Shown here: positions 53,741 through 64,000 of the stretch, piece after piece
How positions within the stretch are numbered: the stretch's first letter is position 1
How the letters are laid out: every line of letters starts with the position of its first letter
NCBI GenBank assembly: GCA_964016885.1
Contig: OZ024749.1
Location: 33,232,001 to 33,296,000, forward strand
Reading direction: 5' to 3'
Source of the DNA: Eledone cirrhosa
Taxonomy: Eukaryota
Length of the DNA: 64,000 bases
Program-made: the position numbers and the translations under genes
The notes under the pieces: generated by a model
The model's database searches: none
What the model was told of the DNA's origin: nothing
Seen by the model: only the letters and a program-made list of their open reading frames with translations

Positions 53741-53883
53741 AACAAATTTAATATAGAAATGGCTTCTACAGGACTATATCCGTTTCATTTGAAAGAAATC
53801 ATCAGGAAAGCAGCTTTCCTGATAATTTCCTTTGAATGAAACAGTTATAGCCCAGTAGAAGCCATTTCTATATTAAATTTGTT
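53741..53883. repeat. Head-to-head inverted duplication (~70-bp arms) of a hammerhead-like repeat end
   Basis: Long imperfect palindrome. A second copy is at about 13855-13982 and a single arm at about 37890-37945. Confidence 0.75.
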
Positions 53884-55314
53884 GTATACACTAATGTATT
53901 GAGTGGTTACCTCCAATTGAACCCAGGATTCACACACACACACAGATTTAGTAACACCTTTTTCATTAAGCTGGTATTTGAATATAGTTTTATGTAAGAA
54001 CATTTAAGCCAAGATGGAAATTTAGATAAACAGCTTTGTATAACAACAAAGGAGTCCTTCCAGGTGATTTAGTATAAAAAGAAATAAAACTGATACCATT
54101 TTAGATTCTCAAACTTTTTAAAATTGTGATGTGGAACAAGTGTTGAAATTAGTAACAATAGAAAGGTCACAGAGAAGCAGCTTGAATATGGCCTAAGTTG
54201 TGGCTGCATCTGGCCAGTGTGTATGTGCCTGTGCATATAAAATGAATGCTCAGCAGCTATGTCATGTTAGCAGTAACCTAATATAATGCCACACTTGAGT
54301 GAATTTATTGCCGTTGGATTAATTCTCTTCAAAAGCTGTCTCTTTTGGCTGGGTCATGCACTTCCCGACCAATCTCAGCTGCCCCCTTTACACACACACA
54401 CACACTCATGTGATGGTGTAAACAGGCAAAGTGGACAGCTAAAAATGTGGATTAGCACAATTAAGTTAACCATTTAGCATTTACCTTATCGCCTTTCATC
54501 CTTATGAGGTTGATAAAATAAAGAACCAGCAAAGCACTGGGTAATTGCTGGCCTTGTGCCAAAAGTAGAAACAATTATATATACTATTGTATTTTTGTGG
54601 TAAAGACTATCTCATATCGAATCAGATTTTGATGTTATTTTGAGAACAATACCTTAACATAAGTATGAGTGGCCAGTTATGGCCGGTTTGGACAGAAAGA
54701 GGTGAGAGAATTCTGGCCGGATACAGCCAGTTTAAATGCTAAAGGGTTAAATCTTAAATCAATATCTGGTCCTTGCTTATATGATGTCCACTGCTGAAAT
54801 CACTGGACATCTGTAATTTCCATACAGTCAACTTTCCATTGTAATACCATTGATTCACTAGCTGCAGTTGTCTCAACTCATCACAAATACAAATACACTT
54901 GGGCTTCAAAGAAGGCCAGTAAATGATCATGGCTGAAGTATTTCATGTCTTTGAAGAGAAATTCTCTAGTGTTTCAGATGCAATTTTGACATATGAGAGG
55001 TTTTTACATACATAAATTGTACCATATAGACCTAAATCTCCTTACAACATAAAAGATGCCTTAGAAAATGGCACAATGCCAAACACCCCCACAAGTGTAG
55101 CTGTAACATTTACACTTTCCCAAAGGGACATTTGGGATGGAAGGAAACAGTAACGAGATAAGAAATTAGTAAACAGTAAAACACCATAGGCTAGAGCAGC
55201 CCACAAGTAATTCTTCCTACATAATAGACTTATTGAAAAACACTTCCAGTGAGAGAAAGGGAAAAAGAGAAAAGAAAAACAACAAAAGATATATATATAT
55301 ATATATAACACACA

Positions 55315-55384
55315 CAGTGTCCCCCAAAAATGTATACACTTCAGCATTCTAATCAGTGTGTATACATTTTTTTGGGCCACCCTG
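55315..55384. mobile_element. Tiny palindromic Tc1/mariner-type MITE
   Basis: cagtgtcccccaaaaatgtatacac...gtgtatacattttttgggccaccctg. A related copy lies at about 63272-63330. Confidence 0.6.
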
Positions 55385-57299
55385 TGTGTGTGTGCGTGTA
55401 CATACATGTAGCAAGGTAAAAGAGGGAAAAAAGAAAACTAAGAAAAATGAAAACAAAGATGTGATAGAAATAGACAATCTGCCAATAGCTCAGGTCGTGG
55501 GTAGAGGTGATGGGTGGTGATAACTACTCCACCACTCCATATACGCTTCCTCCCATTACTTCACACATCCTACTACTTCTAAACACCAGATTTTCAGATT
55601 TCAACAATAACCTGGCTTTCTACACTACTTTACAGCCTCTTTCTCTTCTACATCTCCCCTTCTCTCTCACTGTCTATATAAGCACTTACAAACCTACTGT
55701 TGTATATACAGACAACATAAAGGGTAGGGTGTTACATACCCAAACAATCTAAAGCAAGGACCATACAGACTGGTTATTTAAATCTCTTATTCTATAGATA
55801 AGATGAAAGTGTACCATACCGATACTGGTACACTAATCTAGATTTACACCTTCATATGCCGTATAAACTTGGTTTTCTTTAATGGTATGTAGACTACAAA
55901 CTTTGGTGAAGGTACATGTCTCAGTGGCTAAGGTGTTCAGTGTACAATCATGAATGATTTTCAACAGTACAATGTCCTTCAGCAAGCCATGTTGCTGATA
56001 AAGTTTTGCCTTAGTTGTACCTTAATTCAAGCCTTGTCCTGCGTCATGTCCTTGAGCAAAGCACTTTATTTAACATTGCTCCAGTTCACTCAAATAGGAA
56101 AAAATTGATTGTATCTAAAAAGAACTGGTTTATCATATGTTGTGTCATGCTGAATTTCTCTTGTTGTGTCATGCTGAAAACTATGCTCAGTCACTTGGAT
56201 ACTAATTTCACAAGCAGTTCATGCCATTAAAACAGACGAACAGATTGTTGGAACCAACAAGTCCGACAACATACATTTTGAAAACTATCATAAATGGCTC
56301 TTCCAGCATGTCCCCCTCACCATCTGCCAAGGAAATGCCTTCTCTTTGGTTTGGTTCTTTTGTGTTTGGCTATGATGTATATGCATATAATTCACAGGCA
56401 CACACACACATCTAGTTTCCTAACTTGTTTATAATTTACACAACCCTTCCATCCCATAAACTATTTAAGAGTTGCTCTGCTTAGACCCACACAAACAAAT
56501 TGGACCAGAGATCAGCAAGCGTTTCTGAAAGTGGGCCATACTTGGAATATTTCTATACTTGGGACAAAGTAATTAAAATATGAAACCATGATCATAAAAG
56601 ACCCCTAGTTCTACAATACAAAATTATATTTAAATGTGTTTATATTTATCTAAAGCCTTCCACCATCATATGAGAGAACCTTTATGTTCCAAGCATCAAT
56701 CATGAGGAAGTCAAATCCCACCAATTTTTTTATTTTCAAAATAATTTGATAATGAAATATACACATTAATACAATCTAGGTAAGGTATCCTTGATCTCTA
56801 TATATAAAAACGAAAGTGTGTGCGTGCGTGTGCGTATATGCAGGTGATGCATTTCCATCTGATTTTGTTCAAATTTGATACATAGCTTATTTACCTCCCG
56901 GAGCATGTCAACATATAGTTTGAATCTTGCTCTCCCCTAAAATAGCAGAGTTCTGAGGCTATTTAAAGACGTGCCCGGCAACCATGGGCTCTTTTGTTAG
57001 TGTATTATAGTCTCTTTCGTCATATTGCTTACTATACTCGCTATGTCTAGTACATATTTTATCAGTGACTTTGTCAAACTGCAAAAATACAAGACATTAA
57101 CACATTCTCTCAACTCATGGTAAGGAAAAGATCCAATGTTTTTTTCAATAAAATGGATTGCTTTTCAATAACTATTTTTGCTCTATTCATTTCAGAAAGA
57201 ACATTGTTTAAAATCTTGTACATGAGTAAACATACTTTTTTTTAAATTTTTATTAACACTAATTGAAGGGAATATCACTTATTCGTATTAAGATAAAAC

Positions 57300-57372
57300 A
57301 ATTTGAGGCCACCTCAAAATAGACTTCAATGCTGAATCATTGAAAAAGTCTATTTTGAGGTGGCCTCAAATT
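57300..57372. repeat. 73-nt near-perfect hairpin
   Basis: 27-bp perfect stem, 3-nt bulge, 5 further bp and a 6-nt loop. Confidence 0.9.
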
Positions 57373-57675
57373 AATGTTTTATATTAATACAAATAAATGA
57401 TATTGATAAATGGAAACAAAGAATTGTATGGATTTGGTCCATAAAAAAACAGTTTCCAGAGCCCTGGATTTCACAATGGAAAAAACAGCCAAGACTAAAC
57501 CATAAACTACAATTAGAGGAGGGCACAGAGCAGACACACACAACACCATACAGTTACACATAAACAGACGCAAACATGTGTGGCAACTATAGACAAGTAA
57601 AATTAGGAAGATGGAAATTGTGTGGAAGCTTATTGTGTTTGTGTATGTAGACACACACACACACACACACACACA

Positions 57676-58806
57676 CAGTCGCTCAATTCTTTGAGGATAT
57701 ATCTTAACTCTTTTCTTGTTCTGAGTATCATTTCTTCTCAGATGACAAATATCAAGCTAATTCAGCAAATGAAAAGGAACACTGTAATTGTTGCCTTGAA
57801 GGCAGAGCATAGTGATTTAAAGATTGCTCACTTTCTGAAAGTTGCACATTCGTTTGTTGTTCGCAAAGAGCTGGAAGCTGCTGAGAGGGATTCTACAGTA
57901 GTTGCTAAACATAAAACGCCCGCTAAGGGTCTTAACATCAAAACACCCAAATTTGTACGAAAAATGCAGAAAATTATTAATAGAAACTCCAAAAAGTTAA
58001 CACCATTGCTAAGAAGCTCAATGTCTGAAGACACTATCAGAAGAATTGTGCATGATGACCTTTGATACAAGTCATGTGATGTGGAGAAGCCAATTCTTGT
58101 CTGCAAAAGACAAGATAACTGATCTGCAGAAAGTGCTTGTTGTGCAAGTTGAAACATCAAGAGTCAGGAATGTTTTGGTTTTCTCCAATGAGAAAAACTT
58201 TGATCAGGACCATAATGTCAACTGAAGGAATGACAGATGGTTATGCAGAGACTAAAGACATTCCAATGGTTATGTACACAGTTTCCAGCAAATGTGATGG
58301 TTCTGGGAGTCATGAATAACAAGGGAGATGTCATGCCTCCTCACTTCTTTCCTTAGGCAATGATGGATAGATCTTGAGCAAAAGAAGATCATATACCTAC
58401 CAACAATACTGCTGTCTCAAAGCCAAAATGACACAAATGGACAAATAATCTCCACAACCACGTCACCTTAACACATGGCTTCTTAGCTCTCCAAATCTGA
58501 ATTTGTTTGACTGCTACATGAGGCATAATGGAGGAGAAAGTCAATCAACACCCCATAACACTAAAATCTCTGCCATAACTAACACAATGTCTAAAATAAA
58601 TAAAGATCATCTGATTCAGGCATGCCAACAATTCAAACTTTGTATTGAAGCAATCATCTCATCTAACAGTGGATTCATTGAGTTGATGCATCAAGAGTCA
58701 CAATTTATTATCAATTACACCAATTATTTTCTCAAATAATGCTCTTTCGTGACTTGTGCATCTTTTTCTAAATTCATAGAAATGTCCTCAGAGAACTGTG
58801 CATGTG
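57676..58806 (+). mobile_element. Decayed Tc1/mariner-superfamily transposon with a transposase pseudogene
   Basis: Imperfect 29-bp TIRs (cagtcgctcaattctttgaggatatatct / agaaatgtcctcagagaactgtgcatgtg). HTH-like ORF (...SEDTIRRIVHDDL*YKS), degenerate WFSDEK and SPDLN-like motifs, frameshifts. Confidence 0.85.
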
Positions 58807-59009
58807 TGTATGCTTACAGTCTGTTTAAACCTGTTACTTGGCAGTTCAACGAACAGAGATTGATAAAAAATACCAGACTTTTTTTTTTTTTTTAAGTGAG
58901 GAGGGGGGGGGGGTATGATCGACCAAGCCCCTTGGAGGTGGTATCCCAGGCTGAAACTAGTAAAGAAAAAACCAAAAAGAATTAGACTGAGAAAGAAATA
59001 TTGGAGAAA

Positions 59010-59315
59010 ATTATTGTGGTTAGAGTTGGATCCACAATCCTGAGATTGTGAGTGATTCCTAACTATGCATTGTGTCCTTGAGCAAGATACTTTATTTCAT
59101 GTTACTCCTGTTCACTCAGCTGTAGAAATGAGTTGCGACATCACTGCTGGCACCAAGCTGTATTGGCCTTTGCCTTTTCCTTGCACAACATTGGTGGCAG
59201 GGAGAGAGGAGACTGGTATGAATGGGTGACCGCTGGTCTTCTACAAAAACACATTGCCCAGCCTTGTGTCTCAGGGTGGTTTCTACATACAAATCCCATG
59301 GTCATTCGTGATTGA
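59010..59315 (+). mobile_element. tRNA-derived SINE
   Basis: Box A/B-like head followed by gtgtccttgagcaagatacttt. Relatives near 29000-29280, 1490-1600 and 55915-56220. Confidence 0.6.
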
Positions 59316-59650
59316 AGAGGTTTACCTATTTACACCTCAAACCCAATGAATTCAATTACTGGATCAGGAGTTCAACTGCATCTAGCCATGGATCACATCA
59401 TAGATTTGACTCCTTTAGAATTAAGTCTGATACCATGGCACTTTACCCAACACAATCATATATACTATGACCTGGTTAGTATGTACCATATTTTTGCTAA
59501 GGCTTTTAGTTGTGAGCAGACAGACACTTGATCCTTCTCTTCCTCCATGCATTAATTTAGCTGAATTTCCAGTAATTGACACCAAATGGATGAAGAGCAA
59601 AGTGGACTGTAACGGGATTTGAACTTTGGGCACAAAGAAATTAATCAATC

Positions 59651-59922
59651 TTAACCCATCTATTACTGTATTTTTAATAAACTATACTATTTCAATTAAT
59701 GAAGATTTTAGAGGGACTTACTAAAATTATTAATTATTTCATTATAATAGTATTTGTAATAAATAGTTCTTATATAAAATTATGTTGGAAGATTTTAATT
59801 TAAATAGGAACCCTTTCAAATGAGTGGTTTTGTTTCATAGAATCAAAAAGGTTATAGAACAAAACTGAAGAGATTTTATAGAACCAAGTGCATTTCAAGC
59901 AGTTTGGTATCAAAAGGGTTAA
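59651..59922. mobile_element. Older TTAA-flanked MITE family 3 (~270 bp; ends ttaaccc...ggtatcaaaagggttaa)
   Basis: TTAA-CCC/GGG-TTAA ends. Diverged relatives near 570-746, 24710-25027, 29645-30182, 36130-36494 and 46165-46385. Confidence 0.6.
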
Positions 59923-60614
59923 TAGTGAAATATGACACTTTAATTTTAATGAAAAATTACGACCAATAATTTGTAAATGTGATAATGTGATATAGCAAAC
60001 AATTATAGGTCATAATACAGAAGCACACAGCCAACATGCTGTAAAAATGACAGCCGTTTTTTCAATTATAACAATTTTACTGGTTAACTGAAGGGTTTAA
60101 TAATAGTTATAAAAATGTAAAATAGCTGATATATTTACAAAAACATTACAATATTTTAATGATGCTAATACAAGTATATCTATATATGTAATCAAAACTA
60201 TGTCCACCTTTCCTTTCACTACTCATGATTGGCAGTAGCACTAAGATAGCTTTGAGCATAAGAGGAGTGTATATGAAAACATGGTCATTGCAGAACAAGA
60301 GAAAAAATATTCTTTCATAGTGAGGCTCTCGAGTTTATTGTACATAAACATATAGTATGTTTTCATACACACCCCTATTCTCATCACTCTTATACTAACC
60401 AATTCTAAAAGTTAAAGGGATATGAATGTATATTAGGTTGTCTCAGTTGCTCAACCTACTGGAAATAGCAGCCAAATAGACAATCACAAACAAAAATAAC
60501 AGGTGACCCCTAGCAGCCTGACCCAAAACTCCTTGCGTTGCTTTTCTCAAAATGGACCTGATGATTTAGATGTATTTTTGTCTTGAAACCACTGATACAT
60601 ACATATTCACACAT

Positions 60615-60775
60615 ATGTAGGCAGCAGTCGTTAGAATGTCAGATAGAATGCTTTATAGTATTCATTTCAGCTCCGAGTTCAAATCCTGCCAAGGTCAACT
60701 TTACCTTTCATCCATTCATGGTCAATAAAAGAAAAAAAAAAAGTACCAGTCAAGTACTTGGGGTCAATTCTTCCT
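60615..60775 (+). mobile_element. SINE with core gttcaaatcctgccaaggtcaactttRcctttcatcc
   Basis: Recurrent core also near 12360-12425, 30870-30935, 31420-31500, 31650-31760 (reverse), 22260-22430 (reverse) and 54490-54570. Confidence 0.6.
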
Positions 60776-63647
60776 CTATATCTTTCTCACTTCCCTCTCT
60801 CACTCTCATTCTCTGGAAGAAATCTACTGTATTCAGACCTGGAGAGAAGATGGGCTATGACAGGTTTAAAAAATACCCTAGAAACACTGTCAATATGGCG
60901 CTCCTATGACTCCCTCAGGAGTTACAAATCCATACCATACCATAATACACAGATACATATATGGCAGAATTGGTAAAGCATCAGACAAAGCACCATTAAG
61001 TATTTTATTTACATTCTGATTGATCCACATCTGCTTTATTTTCCATCCTTCTGTGGTGGATTATGTTCCATGACCATAGTCCATGTAGTAGAAAAGCAGT
61101 GGTATGTTCTAGTATGACTACAATCCATGTACAGGTAAGTGACCACCAGTGTTTGGTCCCCTCTTTACTATAATTATTTAGGCTATAACAGAAGTTTTAG
61201 ATTGGCTAACCTCTGCATGCTGGTGACCTAATTCTCATAAGCTCAATTTGGCTAAGAACTAGAGAGGAAATTCCAAGCATGGAAGCAATGCATAGAATCC
61301 AGGTCTTAAAGCAGACCTAGCAGAACGAATAATTTTAGCATGAAAGACAAGACTACTGTTATCTGGGTTATGGGCAGGCATGATAGGCAGAAAAATAGAT
61401 ATGGGGTGCATAAGATATAGTAGGATCAGTCAACCTTATATGCCTATGTAGCAACACTATTTCAAATGCTTGGAAGTTTCTCTAGAAGTAGTTGATAGTT
61501 TTTCTTTCCAAAGTAGCTTAATTAGCAGTGGAAGAGGGTGTTCTGAAAGCTAGCAAGCAGTCAGTGTTAGATTGGAATGGATAAAGTTAACCCTTTAGCA
61601 TTTATATTACTCTATATTTAGTATTGTATTTTCATATTTATTTTGAGAACAATACCTTAACGTCAGTATGAGTGGCCAGCTATGGCTGGTTTGAACAGAA
61701 AGAGATGGGAGAATTCTGGCTGGATACGGCCAGTTTAAATCCTAAAGAGTTAAGGAGCTATTGCTTCTGCTTAGCAACAAAGATTCTTCCAGTAAAAGAC
61801 ATTGTATGATACATGTGTATCTAGTATAATGTTTACATGAGCAGTGAATGTGGAGGAAGTGCAAAGAATGATGCAAGCGTGCTACATTACATGTGTAAAA
61901 TATAGTGTGCCTGGATCGCAAAAGAGTTGAGCAAAAAAAAAAACTAGACATAAGAGGAATCAGATGTAATATGCAAGAGAGAAGACTGAGCTGGTGTGGT
62001 TATGTGATGTAGATGGAGATTGTGAGATGAAGAGGGAAACCAAAAAAAGATTTCAAGGGGACAAAGCTTGAAGGAGATAAAACAACTGCAACATGTAGCA
62101 AAATGTGAGAAGACCCAGCCAACCAATGCAAGGATGAAAAACATTGGTGTTGTAAAAATATGACACTGTAGAGACTTGAATAAGTTGCACCCTTTTCCAT
62201 GGAAATATGTAGATAAAAAAACAGGTAATTCACCTACTTGAGCTATAAATACTAACTTCAAAATATATGATACTGTAAATATTCTATGTAAAATGGACTT
62301 ATACACATGATTATTCATAGTGCCTGATGCATTGTATTATTACATTTGAACATCCCTAATGGAATTGATAGATTTGAGATTTTCCAATGTGTAAAGAAAT
62401 TTTTACTGTCCATTTTACATCTGCTTTTCCATGCTTACATGGGTTGAACAGATACAAAAGTTTAGAGAGAAGGCATTTTTAAGTGGTTTAGCTCAAGGTC
62501 AACCCTGATCAAAAGCATCAACTCTCACCATCCTGTATTTTTTTTCAGACAGTATACATATATCATGGATGACACTATTAATCCATTAGCATTTACATTA
62601 CTCTATATTTACTATTATATTTTCATGGTAAGAGCTTTATCTCAATTATCTCGCATAATATTGAATATGAAAGTTGATATTTATTTTGCGAACAATATCT
62701 TAACGTCAGTATGAACAGCTGATTTGAACAGAAAGGTCAGAATTCTGACCGGATATGGCTGTTTTATATGCTAAAGGGTTAAATGTTTATTAAAGCTTGG
62801 TGTGATTTGAGGGAGGGAAACAGTTTCTATTTCTAACAGGTTGAGCAACCATGCAAAGACCAATTCACTACAGCAAAGTCCAAGCTTTAAGAACAGGCTT
62901 CTTGGATCAATCCACATATTTGGTAGTTTTGACAAGGTGGTAGTGGACTTCTTTCTATCATAATAGCATCTTTAATTACAAGATCATGTGACTGTTTTAG
63001 AAATTGCAGCCAGTTACATTTTCACAGATCCAAGGACTTTCCTTAATACACCACACACACACATCCTTTTCCAAATATAGTAGCATGTTATAGGAGGAAG
63101 ATGTGGCTGCTATTTCTAGTAGGTTGAAAGGTCTCATTAAGAAACCCTCTTTAGTTAAGAGAAACTAATTAGTCAATTGTATAAGTCATCAGAGATAGTT
63201 TCAATTAAGTCTTAATCACAAAATATCTCGCGATAATGACGTAGTAAGTCACTGAACTTTTGAAGTACCCACACAGGGGTCCCCAAAAATGTATTCACAT
63301 TTATTAGAATGCTGTTAAGTGTATACACTGGGGGGGGGGGGGGGGGGGGGCTATATACACACACACATAGCGAGAGTGTCATCATGAAAGCGGTCTATAA
63401 ACAGTTTATGATTAGTACACAAAATGTCTGACTGTTCAGACATTTTGTAAACAAGCGCCTGAAGTAGATGGCAAAACATCGATTACAATTATGTCAGGCC
63501 ATGAAACCCAAGTTTTTTTTTTTTTTAAATATTTGTCTCCAACCTTCCAACCTCCTCCGAACTTTGCTCTTTTCTGATGACTACCACGCAATACGTTGCA
63601 ATATTTTCTTTTCCAAGAAACATGAAACTAATATGACTCGTTATCCT

Positions 63648-63685
<38 letters not shown>

Positions 63686-64000
63686 TTATTAGTTTAACGC
63701 TTAATAGCAGGAAAAGAGTTAACATTTTGGACGCTAGTCCATCAGGAGATAGAATGAGAAAAAAAAAAAAAAAAAAAAAAAAAAAGAGACGAGTGAGAAG
63801 AGGAAGAAACGAAAAAAAATATTTGGAGAAAAAAAAAGAAAAAAACGTATGTTCAGTTAACCACATATGCATAAACATACACAAGTATGTATACAGATAA
63901 TATATACATATATAGAATACATGTGTATATAATATATCTTCACACATTTATGATTTCAGCTTGCTAGTGTGGTTATGATGGGACATCATAACCAATGCTA

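Larger units (their letters stand above)
33387..64000 (-). other. Quaking intron 1, over 30 kb, continuing beyond the window
   Basis: No QUA1-coding exon found upstream of exon 2. Repeat-dense; long A-runs on the plus strand (U-runs in the transcript) continue through it. Confidence 0.75.

Noticed and set aside
34200-64000. Search for quaking exon 1 or a nested gene
   Set aside because: No QUA1 peptide or convincing non-transposon ORF seen by eye. Small exons cannot be excluded.

Overview
AT-rich, microsatellite- and transposon-rich metazoan genomic DNA. The repeat content suggests a coleoid cephalopod such as Octopus, but this is inference. Nearly the whole window lies inside one minus-strand gene, a STAR-family RNA-binding protein orthologous to Quaking (QKI) / held-out-wings (how). 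Exon 1 (QUA1) was not found, so intron 1 appears to extend beyond the window (>30 kb). I can map, with GT-AG sites and consistent phases: exon 2 (33386-33253), KH exons (29566-29450, 24229-24086), two tandem-duplicated QUA2 exons (16924-16827 and 16739-16625), a probable 111-nt cassette exon (11438-11328), the Pro/Tyr-rich exon (10017-9766, or read-through to a stop at 9746) and a distal exon encoding an REHPY NLS (4557-4484). The main unusual signals are four. (1) An apparently mutually exclusive QUA2 exon pair, one vertebrate-like and one fly-like, with a bipartite Quaking response element on the first exon's branch point and an Rbfox site between them. (2) A hammerhead ribozyme motif with a U3-A8 core variant, in sense orientation about 110 nt upstream of the exon 2 acceptor. 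(3) A minisatellite made of duplicated copies of that acceptor. (4) About 18 TTAA-flanked piggyBac-type MITEs in both orientations, plus several perfect hairpins, which would give the pre-mRNA much dsRNA. Most ORFs in the supplied track are microsatellite artefacts.
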